This document shows positions 22,462 to 32,000 of a stretch of DNA of 32,000 bases, in pieces. The translations under genes were made by a program, and so were the position numbers. The stretch is from contig NZ_CP065581.1 of assembly GCF_018389705.1 (NCBI RefSeq), positions 780,001-812,000 on the forward strand, read 5' to 3'. The DNA is from Mycoplasma mycoides subsp. capri. GTDB lineage: Bacteria > Bacillota_I > Bacilli_A > Mycoplasmatales > Mycoplasmataceae. The notes under the pieces are model-generated. The model made no database searches. It saw only the letters and a program-made list of their open reading frames with translations, and was not told the origin of the DNA. Within the stretch, counting starts at the first letter, position 1. Every line of letters begins with the position of its first letter.

Positions 22462-24291
22462 ATGAATAATCAAAAAATAATAAATATTGCTGTTATTGCT
22501 CACGTTGATGCTGGTAAATCTACACTTGTTGATGCTTTATTAAAGCAAAGTGGGGTTTTTAGACAAAATCAAGAAGTAATTGAACAAGTTATGGATTCAA
22601 ATGATCAAGAAAGAGAAAGAGGAATTACAATTTATTCTAAAAACTGTTCTATTACTTATAAAGATTACAAAATTAATATAGTAGATACTCCAGGTCATGC
22701 TGATTTTTCTAGTGAAGTTGAAAGAATTATGAAAACAGTTGACACTGTAATTTTATTAGTTGATTCAAGCTAAGGACCAATGCCTCAAACTAGATTTGTT
22801 TTACAAAAAGCTTTAGAAATTGGATTAAACCCAATCTTATTTATTAATAAAATAGATAAAAAAGATCAAAGAAGTTTAGAAGTAGTTGAAGAAGTAATTG
22901 AACTATTTTTAGAACTAAATGCAACAGATGAACAACTTGATTTTAAAACTTTATATGGAATTGCAAAAAACGGAATTGCTCAATATAGTTTAGAAGAACA
23001 AAGTAATGATTTAACACCTTTATTTGAAACTATTATTAATCAAGTTGGATCATATCCAATTGAACTATCAAATAATGATTTAGTGATGCAAGTTTCAAGT
23101 TTAGCTTATGATAGTTTTATTGGAAGAATTGGAATTGGAAGAATTTTTGAAGGAAGCATTAAAGAAAATCAAATCGTAAGTATTGTTAAAAATGATAGAA
23201 CTGTTAAGCAAGGAAAAATTGCAAAATTAATGGTTTATCAAGGATTAAATAGAGTTCAAGTTAAACAAGCATTTGCTGGAGATATTATTACATTTGCTGG
23301 AATTGAAGATATTTCAATTGGAGATACTATTAATAATTTAAATGTTATTAAACCATTAAAACCAATTCATATTGAGGAACCAACAATGTCTATGAACTTT
23401 TTAGTAAATACTTCACCATTTGCTGGAAGAGTTGGTAAATTTGTTACTTCAAGAAATATTAAAGAACGTTTAGAAAAAGAAGTTGAAGTTAATGTTGGTT
23501 TAAGAATTGAACCTTTGATTAATTCTGAAATTGAAGGATTTAAAGTTTTAGGACGTGGAGAATTACATATTTCAGTTTTAATTGAAGCAATGAGAAGAGA
23601 AGGTTTTGAATTAGCAATTTCAAAACCAGAAGTAATTTTTCAACGCAATCCAATGACTGGAGATTTATTAGAACCAATTGAAAAAGTAATTATTAATACA
23701 CCAACTGAATATTCTGGAACTATTATTAACAAATTAAATCAAAGAAAAGGAATTATGTTAGATATGGATTCTGATGGTATTAGAGATAAAATTACTTATT
23801 CTATACCATTAAGAGGTTTAATTGGATTTAGATCAGAATTTACAAATGATACTCATGGTGAAGGTATTATGGTTAAAAGCAGTAGTGGATATGAACTATA
23901 TAAAGGTGAAATTGTCTCAAGACAAAATGGAGTATTAGTATCAATGGCAAATGGTAAAAGTTTACCTTATGCTTTAAATAATCTTGAAGAACGTGGAATT
24001 TTATTTATAGGTCCTCAAGTTGATGTTTATGAAGGAATGATTATTGGTCAACATTCAAGAGATAATGATTTATATGTAAATCCAACAACAGCAAAAAAAT
24101 TAACTAATACTAGAGCTAGTGGGACTGATGATGCTGTTAAATTAACACCAGCTAGAAAAATGAGTCTAGAAGAAGCTTTAGAATATATTTCAAATGATGA
24201 GTTAGTTGAAATTACTCCAACAGATATTAGATTAAGAAAACGTTGATTAACTCAAGCAGAACAAAAACAACACAGAAACGATAAATATTAG
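22462..24291 (+). pseudogene. typA: GTP-binding protein TypA/BipA, interrupted by an in-frame TAA at 22771-22773
   Basis: [31 protein letters not shown]...[12 protein letters not shown]...[61 protein letters not shown]... Both halves are in the same frame and are separated only by TAA, which is a true stop in table 4. The downstream part ends ...HRNDKY* at 24291. Confidence 0.9.
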
Positions 24292-24294
24292 TTT

Positions 24295-25554
24295 CTAGTG
24301 TTGTTTTTTTAATTTACAAATATAAAATCCATCGGTATTTTCTTCAAAACCAAAAATTTGTTGTTCATAAAGTTTAATCATATCTTTATGCTTATTTAAA
24401 AACTTATTAATTTGATTTTGATTTTCATCTTGATTAATTGTACAAGTTGAATAAACCATTTCACCGTTGTTTTTTAAATTATAATAAGCTGATTCTAGTA
24501 ATTCTTCTTGTAGATTAATAATGCTATTTACTTGGGTTTGATCAAATCTTAATTTAATTTCTGGCTTTCTTTTAAACACTCCAAACCCTGAACAAGGAGC
24601 ATCTAATAAAATATAATCAAACTCTTGTTTTTGTTTAATTTTTCTAGCATCCATATTAATTACACTAATATTTAAACAATTTAAACGAGTAATATTTTCT
24701 TTAATTAATTTAATTTTTGATTCATTTATTTCATTTGCAACAATATTTCCAGTGTTTTTTAAAATCATTGATAAATGAGTAAGTTTACCACCAGGTGCAC
24801 TACACATATCTAAAACTTTTGTATTTAAACTTGGATTTAAAATTTGACTAACTAAAATTGAAGCTTTATCTTGAATAGTTATAAAACCATTTTTATACAA
24901 ATCAGAATTAATAATTGTTTTATTTGCAATTAAACAGTCATTAACATTAGTTTTTTCTAATAAATAAATGTCTTTATATTTATTAAAAAGTTGGTCAGAT
25001 GTAATTTTTAAAGTATTTACTCTAATATATAGTTTTGGTATTTGGTGATTATTAACAACTATTTGATTAACAATTTCTTTATCATATTGTTTAATTAGCA
25101 TTAAATAAAGTTCATAAGAAAAAGAGTGAAGTATGCATAATTCCAAGTCTTTATTATCTAAATTAATTTCTAAATATTTATCTTTAAATCTTAAAAACTT
25201 ATTTAAAATAGCATTAATAAAATTAGCTTGTTTTTGACTAGTAGTTTTTATTAAATTTACACTTTCATTAACAATAGCATAATTTGGAATACTATTTAAA
25301 TAAATCATTTGATATAAACTAATTAATAAAATAATTTGCAAATCAATTGAAGTTTTTTTAACATCAATCAATTTAGCTAATAAATAATCTAAATGAATTT
25401 TATTACTAATAACTCCATGCACTAAATTAAATACAAAATCTTTATCTTGCTGATTTAAATTTTTTTTACTAATTTTATTTAATAAAACATTTGAATAAGC
25501 TTTATTAACAAAAACTTTTTTTAAAATATCAAAAGCAATAGATCTAGAATTCAT
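24295..25554 (-). CDS. rsmB: 16S rRNA (cytosine-967-C5)-methyltransferase RsmB/Sun family, 419 aa
   Basis: VLDMCSAPGGKLTHLSMIL, LLDAPCSGFGVFKRKPEIK and MVYSTCTINQDENQ motifs; NusB-like N-terminus. The ATG at 25554 (MNSRSIAFDILKKVF) is preferred over the TTG at 25581. Confidence 0.9.
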   Translation of the reverse strand: MNSRSIAFDILKKVFVNKAYSNVLLNKISKKNLNQQDKDFVFNLVHGVISNKIHLDYLLAKLIDVKKTSIDLQIILLISLYQMIYLNSIPNYAIVNESVNLIKTTSQKQANFINAILNKFLRFKDKYLEINLDNKDLELCILHSFSYELYLMLIKQYDKEIVNQIVVNNHQIPKLYIRVNTLKITSDQLFNKYKDIYLLEKTNVNDCLIANKTIINSDLYKNGFITIQDKASILVSQILNPSLNTKVLDMCSAPGGKLTHLSMILKNTGNIVANEINESKIKLIKENITRLNCLNISVINMDARKIKQKQEFDYILLDAPCSGFGVFKRKPEIKLRFDQTQVNSIINLQEELLESAYYNLKNNGEMVYSTCTINQDENQNQINKFLNKHKDMIKLYEQQIFGFEENTDGFYICKLKKQH

Positions 25555-26437
25555 CGTTATTATAATGTTTTTGTTCAACACTAAAGAAATTAATTTTAAA
25601 CATTAATTTTTGAATTTTAAAATCAACAAAATCTTTATCTAGTAATTTAGAAAAATCACCATGTCCTAAAACTTTATGATATACCTTTTTAGTTAATAAT
25701 TTAATTAAATAAGTTTCAGCATCAAAGTTTTTAGCTTTATTTTTTTCTTCTTCATTTTTAGCTAATAATTTAACATTAGTTTCTCAATTATTAACAAAAT
25801 ACATATATTTTTCTTTAACAATTTGTTCAACAATTTGTTCTAATCTTTCATATACAGTTGGAGTTTTTATATCAGTTAAACCTTCTAAATGTAAAACATC
25901 AGTAATTTTAGCAACAGCATTAGCTACATTATCATTTTCAATTACATACTGATAATTGTGTTTTAAAGGAATTTCTAATAAAGCTTTATCTAGTCGTGCT
26001 TTTATTTTTTCTTCATCTTCAGTTTGTCTTCCTCTAATTCTATTAGCTAATTCAGTTAGATTTGGAGGCATTAAAAAAATAGATAAAACATTTGCTTCTT
26101 TATTTAAAACTTGAGTAGCCCCATCTACTTCAATTTCTAAAATAACATTATTACCCTTTTTTAATTCTTGTTCAACATATTTTCTAGGAGTACCATAAGA
26201 ATTACCAACAAAATGTGCATACTCAATTAATTCATCATTAACAATGGCCTTTGCAAATTCTTCATTTGAAACAAAAAAATAGTTTACTCCATTAATTTCA
26301 CCATTTCTAGGTTTTCTGGTTGTCATTGAAACTGAATATTTCAAACGTAGATCTGGATTTTGTAAAAGTTCTCCATTAACTGAACCTTTACCAACTCCAC
26401 TTGGTCCTGAAATTATGATCATTTTACCTTTTTTCAT
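25544..26437 (-). CDS. gmk: Guanylate kinase with ~90-aa C-terminal extension, 297 aa
   Basis: GKMIIISGPSGVGKGSVNGELL, SMTTRKPRNGEINGVNYFFV, LEIEVDGATQV. The ORF track ends at a TGA that is read as Trp, and translation continues to a TAG at 25544-25546. Confidence 0.92.
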
Positions 26438-26439
26438 TT

Positions 26440-26997
26440 TTACTTTTCCAATCTAAATATGTATAAATATTTTTTGTTATAGTCTTTAAATTTTAATAGA
26501 CTTAAATCTTTAATTTTAGTTAAATCTAATTTTTGGTTTGTTTCACTAATTATAATTGCTCAATCATTTAATAAATTATTATTGATTAAAAAATCAAAAA
26601 CTACATAATAATATTCTATTTGTTTAAAAGGTGGATCTAAATATACTAGATCTACTTTTTGATGTTGAATTTTTAATAAATTTAATAATTCTAAATAATC
26701 TTTTTGATATAAAACATAATCACTAGTTGGAATTTTTTTTAAATTAAAAGAAATAATCTTATTAGCATCTTTATTTAAATCATTAATAATAGCAAATTTA
26801 ATTCCTCTACTTAATCCTTCAATAGATAAAGAACCAGAACCACCAAATAAATCTAAACTTGTTTTATTTTCAAAAATAAAATAATTACTAATTATATTAA
26901 ACATATCTTCTTTAATTCTTGTTAAAGTTGGTCTTGTTATTGATGAGTCTAAAGTTTGTAGTTTCATCTTTTTATACTTACCAGAAATTATATGCAT
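26440..26997 (-). CDS. rsmD: 16S rRNA (guanine-966-N2)-methyltransferase RsmD family, 185 aa
   Basis: MHIISGKYKKMKLQTLDSSITRPTLTRIKEDMFNII; SLDLFGGSGSLSIEGLSRG; DLVYLDPPF. Alternative upstream start at 27012. Confidence 0.88.
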
Positions 26998-27070
26998 AAT
27001 TACTCCAATCATTTATATTTAATTATAACAAATCTATTTTGCTATAATATGGATGTAATGGAGCATAAAT

Positions 27071-27673
27071 ATGGATAAAAGTTATTTGTTACAAGATCAA
27101 ATTCCTTCAAATAGTTGATTAGTTAAAGATCATAAAAAAGAAATTATAAGAACAAAATCTACTAAAATTATTGACCCTACAAATTTAAGTAATGATGAAG
27201 AATTAGTATTAAAAAAACTAATTGATTTTGTTACTTTTAGTCAAGATGAAAATAATAACAATATAAATAATAAAGACTATTTACGTCCAGCTGTTGGACT
27301 AGCAGCTCCACAAATTGGTGTTAATAAAGATATGTTTTATGTAAGATTTCAACTTGATAATAATAAAATAGAACAATATGCAATGATTAATACAAAACTA
27401 ATTTCAACTTCAACTCAAATTGCTTGTTTAAAAAATGGTGAGGGTTGTTTAAGTGTTGATAATGATCATCTAGGTTTTGTACCAAGACATTATAAAATTG
27501 TTGTTCAAGGTTATGATTGACTAACTAAACAATATCTAACTTTAACTTTAAGAAACTATCAAGCAATAGTTTTTCAACATGAAATGGATCATAACATTGG
27601 TGTTCTTTATTATGACCATATTAATAAAACTGACCCTTTATATAAAGATAATAGTTGAATTATTATTGAATAA
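27071..27673 (+). CDS. def: Peptide deformylase, 200 aa
   Basis: Three PDF motifs: [20 protein letters not shown]. Trp codons are TGA. Confidence 0.95.
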
Positions 27674-27740
27674 TTTAAAATTATTGTCTTTTACTTGCAT
27701 TAAATTAGATGAATATATATAATATTAACGTTTAAGAAAG

Positions 27741-27843
27741 AAGCACGTGCTCACCATTAGCTATTAGTGAAATGGTAATAACTTTTTTTATTTTAGTTAT
27801 ATGCAAAAAATGTGCTTTCTAATTCTTTAATGGCACATTTTTT
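27741..27843 (+). promoter_or_regulatory. Structured leader/attenuator of infC-rpmI-rplT (candidate L20-type autoregulatory leader)
   Basis: Terminator-like hairpin aaaaaatgtgc (27805-27815) / gcacatttttt (27833-27843) ends 18 nt before the infC ATG. Upstream AAGCAC (27741-27746) is complementary to GTGCTT (27812-27817). Confidence 0.65.
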
Positions 27844-27861
27844 TATTTTAAGGAGAACTGG

Positions 27862-28407
27862 ATGGAAAACAGAAACAGAAATTCAAGACCAATAAAAAAT
27901 CAAGATCCTATTAATGAGTTTATAAGAGCTCACCAAGTACTAGTTATTGATGAAGACAAGCAAAATTTAGGAGTTATGTCAAAAAGACAAGCTTTAGAAA
28001 TAGCAAGATCAAAAAACTTAGACTTATATCAAGTTGGAGTACAACCTGATGGTACTGTAATTACTAGAATTGTAAATTTTGGTAAATTAAAATATGAACA
28101 ACAAAAAAAATCTAAAGAAGCTAAAAAACACCAAACTAAAATTGAAAACAAAGAAATTAGAATTACAGTTAATATTGGAAAACACGATTTAGAAACAAAA
28201 GCAAGAAAAGCAAAAGAATTCTTAGAAGAAGGTAGTCGTGTTAAAGTTTCTTTGAAATTTAGAGGTAGAGAAGTTGTATATCTTGATTTAGGACAACAAA
28301 CACTAAACAATTTTTTTGAACTAGTTAGTGATGTTGGTAAAATGGAAAAAGAAGCTAAGTTAAATGGTAAATTCCTAGATATGTATATTGTGCCTAAGAA
28401 AAATTAG
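27862..28407 (+). CDS. infC: Translation initiation factor IF-3, 181 aa
   Basis: INEFIRAHQVLVIDEDKQNLGVMSKRQALEIARSKNLDLYQVG; KEIRITVNIGKHDLETKARKAKEFLEEGSRVKVSLKFRGRE. SD AAGGAG upstream; linked to rpmI-rplT. Confidence 0.97.
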   Translation: MENRNRNSRPIKNQDPINEFIRAHQVLVIDEDKQNLGVMSKRQALEIARSKNLDLYQVGVQPDGTVITRIVNFGKLKYEQQKKSKEAKKHQTKIENKEIRITVNIGKHDLETKARKAKEFLEEGSRVKVSLKFRGREVVYLDLGQQTLNNFFELVSDVGKMEKEAKLNGKFLDMYIVPKKN

Positions 28408-28432
28408 TTAAGAACAAAGGAGATATTAGATT

Positions 28433-28624
28433 ATGCCAAAAATGAAAACTAAAAAGTCTTTAGCTAAACGTGTTACTGTTAAATCAAATGGAACACTAAA
28501 AAGAGCTAAAGCTTATAGATCACACCGTGCAACAGGTAAAACTACTAAGCAAAAAAGACAACTAAGTAAAGCAACAATTATTAGCAAAGTAGATATGAAA
28601 AATCTAAAAGGACTTTTACAATAA
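28433..28624 (+). CDS. rpmI: 50S ribosomal protein L35, 63 aa
   Basis: [44 protein letters not shown]. Confidence 0.97.
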
Positions 28625-28642
28625 TAGGAAGGTAATAAGAAT

Positions 28643-29002
28643 ATGGCAAGAGTTAAATATGGAAAAGTAACTAGAGCAAGAAGAAAACGTTGAATTAAAC
28701 TTGCTAAAGGTTATTTTGGAACTAAAAAATCATCATATAAAAAAGCACACGAACAAGTAATTCGTTCAATGGCTTATGCATTTATTGGTCGTAAAGAAAG
28801 AAAACGTGATTTTAGATCATTATGAATTGTTCGTATTAATGCTGCAGTTAGACCAGAAGGTTTATCATATTCAACATTTATGCACGGTTTAAAATTAGCT
28901 AACATTAATATTAATAGAAAAATGCTTTCAGAATTAGCTATTAATAATAGTGAAGAATTCAAACAAATTGTTCAACAAGCTAAAAAAGCTTTAAATAAAT
29001 AA
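28643..29002 (+). CDS. rplT: 50S ribosomal protein L20, 119 aa
   Basis: [100 protein letters not shown]. Absent from the ORF track because of TGA Trp codons. Confidence 0.97.
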
Positions 29003-29005
29003 TTT

Positions 29006-29025
29006 AATCTCTCTTTTGAGAGATT
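29006..29025 (+). terminator. Intrinsic terminator after rplT
   Basis: aatctctc-tttt-gagagatt followed by a T run. Confidence 0.85.
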
Positions 29026-29152
29026 TTTTTAACTAAATCAGTATTTTATAAAGCTAAGAAAAAAGCAATTTAGCATTGATTTATACTTTAAAAATATTTA
29101 TTATTTAATATTGGCAAAAACTTTTTAGGCTATCTTTTAATAGTAAAATTAA

Positions 29153-29158
29153 TATAAT
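29153..29158 (+). promoter_or_regulatory. Probable -10 element (TATAAT) of the pot operon
   Basis: Perfect TATAAT in the 170-bp gap between the rplT terminator and the next Shine-Dalgarno. No strong -35. Confidence 0.5.
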
Positions 29159-29195
29159 GTAAAACGAAATTTAGAACAAAAAAAGGAGGACAAAC

Positions 29196-29312
29196 ATGCT
29201 AAAAATAATCGATCAACCAATTAAATTTTTGACATCTTGATTAGAAATTATGTTTGTTCTTTCTGAAATTAATGAAATTGTTTTAGAAACTGAGAGTCTC
29301 TCCCTTAAGTAG
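29196..29312 (+). CDS. Short ORF of 38 codons in the potABC leader (leader peptide or small protein candidate)
   Basis: MLKIIDQPIKFLTSWLEIMFVLSEINEIVLETESLSLK* preceded by AAAAGGAGGACAAAC, a near-perfect Shine-Dalgarno at ideal spacing. 63 nt upstream of potA. Confidence 0.5.
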
Positions 29313-29375
29313 AAGTCTAACGACTTCTTTTGTTGTTAAAATTCTAATCTTTTTTACAATAAATTAAGGAGAAAA

Positions 29376-30431
29376 ATGGAAAATAATATATTAGAGTTAA
29401 GAAACGTTACTAAAGAATATGACGGTCAAGTTGTATTAAAAGGTATCAGTTTTAATGTTAAAGAAGGTGAGTTTATCACCCTTTTAGGTCCATCTGGTTG
29501 TGGTAAAACTACAATTTTAAAAATTATTGGTGGATCACAAAAACCAAATAGTGGAGAAATTTTATTTGAAGATAAAAATTTAATTCCAATTCCAATTAAT
29601 AAGCGTCAATTTAATACTATATTTCAATCATATGCTTTATTTCCACATTTAAATGTTTTTGATAATGTGGCTTTTGGTTTAACTATTAAAAAAACTAAAA
29701 AAGATATTATTGAACGTGAAGTAATGCGTCAAATTCGCCAAGTTGGTTTAGAAGGATATGAAAACAAAAAAATAGATGAACTTTCTGGTGGTCAAAAACA
29801 AAGAGTAGCAATTGCTAGAGCTTTAGTTATGAAACCAAAAGTTCTATTATTAGATGAGCCAATGGCTGCTTTAGATGTTAAATTAAGAAAAACTATGCAA
29901 GAAGAATTAAAGCGCTTACAACAAGATATTGGCATTACTTTTATAATGGTAAGTCATGATCAAGAAGAAGCTTTAAGTATGAGTGATCGTATAGTTGTTA
30001 TGAACCAAGGTACAATTCAACAAATAGGAACACCTGAAGAAATTTATAATGAACCAGAAAATGCTTGAGTTGCTAACTTTATTGGTAGTTCAAATATTAT
30101 TACTGATGGAATCTTTTTAGAAGATAATAAAATTAAATTTGATGGTAAAGTTTTTGAATGTATTGATACTAACTTTGGTGAAAATGAATCATCAATTGAT
30201 ATTATTATTAGACCTGAAGATATTATTATTAAAAACCCAAATAACGGATTTTTTAATGCAAAAGTTATTAAAACAACATTTAAAGGAATTCATTGAGAAG
30301 TAGTTGTTGAAACTAGTAAAAAAAGACAATGAATTATTCATACAATTAATGAATATGATATTGATCAACAAGTTTCAATTAAATGAAAACCAGCCAATGT
30401 TCATGTTATGTGAAAAGAGGTTGATAATTAA
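29376..30431 (+). CDS. potA: Spermidine/putrescine ABC transporter ATP-binding protein, 351 aa
   Basis: [18 protein letters not shown] (Walker A), [33 protein letters not shown] (signature and Walker B); linked to potB/potC. The frame continues through TGA to a TAA at 30429-30431. Confidence 0.94.
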
Positions 30432-31423
30432 TGGAATCTAAAAATCTAAAAGATAATAATGTAATTGAAAATAAGATTATCAATCAAGATGAATTAGAAC
30501 ATGTTATTGAAACTATTGAAAAACAAAAAAAACGTGAATCAGCTAGATTAAAAGTTAAAGACGTTAATCATTATTTATCAAAAACAAAACTATTTCATTT
30601 TACAAAAGACAAAGTATGACCAATTTTAGCACCATTTATTTTAGTAATGGTGATTTTAGTGATTCTTCCTTTAGTTTCAATCTTGATTTATGCTTTTATT
30701 CAACCAGCAGATGGGATTACATTATTTAAAATTTCTTTTGAAAAATTTGTAAAGTTATTTACAAGTAATGGTATTTTATATTCATTATTTTTATCTATTT
30801 TATATGCAATTGTTGCTGGAATGTTATGTGTTTTAATTGGATATCCAATTGCTTTAATGATGGCACAAATGAAATCAAAAATTCTAGCAAGAAACATGTG
30901 AGTAATTGTAACAATGCCTATGTGAATTTCTATGCTTTTAAAAGTATTAGGATTACAAACTTTATTTTACTTATTAGCTGATTTTGCAATAGGAACACCA
31001 ATTGCAATTATTATTGGTATGACTTATATGTTTTTACCTTTTGCAATTGCTCCAATTTATGATTCACTAGAGTCAAGACAAACTGATTTAGAAGAAGCTG
31101 CTTTAGATTTAGGAGCTTCAAAATTTAGAACATTTTGATCTATTACTTTAAGATCATCTATGCCTGGAGTATTAACTGCTTTTAGTTTAGTTTTAGTTCA
31201 AGCTGCTACTAGTTTGATTGTTGTTCATTATATGGGTGGAGGACGAATTTATTTAGTTTCTGCTGCTATTGAATCTTATTTTTTCCAAGGAAATGACTTT
31301 GGATATGGTGCTGCTGTTTCAGTAGTTTTAGCTATTTTAGTATTTGGTTTAATGCTTGTTATGAAACTAATTAGTAATAAATTTGAAATGAAAGGAAATA
31401 AAAGAAAATGAAAAAACTCTTAA
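30431..31423 (+). CDS. potB: Spermidine/putrescine ABC transporter permease PotB, 330 aa
   Basis: Multiple TM segments; [27 protein letters not shown] permease EAA loop. Start overlaps the potA stop by 1 nt; ends RKWKNS*. Confidence 0.9.
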
Positions 31424-32000
31424 AAAGAAGTTATTTTGCTTTTGTTTTGCTATTTATTTATGCACCCATTTTAGCAATGGTAGTTTTTTCATTTAACAAT
31501 GGAGATACTACTATTAAATGAACTCATGCTAGTTTTTCTTGATATGAATCATTTTTTAAAAATTCCCCTTTTATAAAATCAATTATTACTTCTTTATTTG
31601 TTGCTGTAATTTCAACAATAGTTTCACTAGTAATTGGAACTTTAGCAGCAATTGGATTAAGTAGAGTTAGTAGAGTAACTAGAAATAAATGAGTTTCAGT
31701 TGCAAATATTCCTTTAATTAATGCTGATGTAATTACAGCTGTATCATTAATGATTGTGTTTTTAATTATGGGATTAAAATTTGGGTTATTAACTTTAATT
31801 ATGGCCCATATTTCATTTAATGTTCCTTATGTTTTAGTTACTATTATGCCTAGATTAAAAAAAATTGATCCAAGCTTAATTGATGCTAGTTATGATTTAG
31901 GAGCTAAAAATCATCAAGTAATGTTTAAAGTAATATTACCTATTTTAAAACCAGCAATTATTACTGCTGCCGCTATTGCTTTTGCAATGAGTTTTGATGA
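31408..32000 (+). CDS. potC: Spermidine/putrescine ABC transporter permease PotC (partial, runs off the window)
   Basis: [38 protein letters not shown]...IDASYDLGAKNHQVMFKVILPILKPAII (EAA-loop-like). Overlaps the potB end by 16 nt. Confidence 0.9.

Noticed and set aside
27071-27673. def looked partial because the track lists only 27332..27520.
   Set aside because: Reading TGA as Trp gives a full 200-aa deformylase with all three metal-site motifs.
30431-31423. potB seems split into four ORFs, possibly a frameshifted gene.
   Set aside because: All pieces are in one frame separated only by TGA (Trp) codons or by internal start choices. potA/potB and potB/potC overlaps are normal operon packing.

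Overview
This 32 kb window is a chromosomal segment from a Mollicute of the Mycoplasma mycoides/capricolum type. It is very AT-rich, UGA is read as Trp, and its SCKT lipoproteins and gene order fit that group. The supplied ORF track treats TGA as a stop, so most real genes appear in it as fragments. I rebuilt the CDSs with translation table 4 by joining in-frame pieces. Gene content from left to right: pdhB(partial)-pdhA, lplA and nox on the minus strand; thrS with a T-box leader; pyk and pfkA (minus); glpO-glpK-glpF (plus); hpt, ruvX, a PAP2-family phosphatase and eno (minus); a small membrane protein, an RpiR-family regulator, a PTS EIIBC gene and murQ (plus); two paralogous DUF285-like lipoproteins (minus); typA (plus); rsmB, gmk and rsmD (minus); def, infC-rpmI-rplT with a structured leader, and potA-potB-potC(partial) on the plus strand. 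Most of the window is ordinary core metabolism and translation. I found no CRISPR array, IS element, phage or convincing new multigene system. The observations most worth a second look are: (1) an in-frame TAA that splits typA inside its GTPase domain; (2) a perfect 29-bp tandem duplication that frameshifts the PTS EIIBC gene of a probable MurNAc/amino-sugar locus in a wall-less organism; (3) a perfect 11-bp-arm palindrome just upstream of that PTS gene; (4) an orphan terminator-like hairpin between the divergent pfkA and glpO genes, suggesting a small RNA; (5) a 38-codon ORF with a strong Shine-Dalgarno in the potABC leader; (6) competing leader structures ahead of infC. All coordinates come from reading by eye. 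No similarity search or folding program was run.
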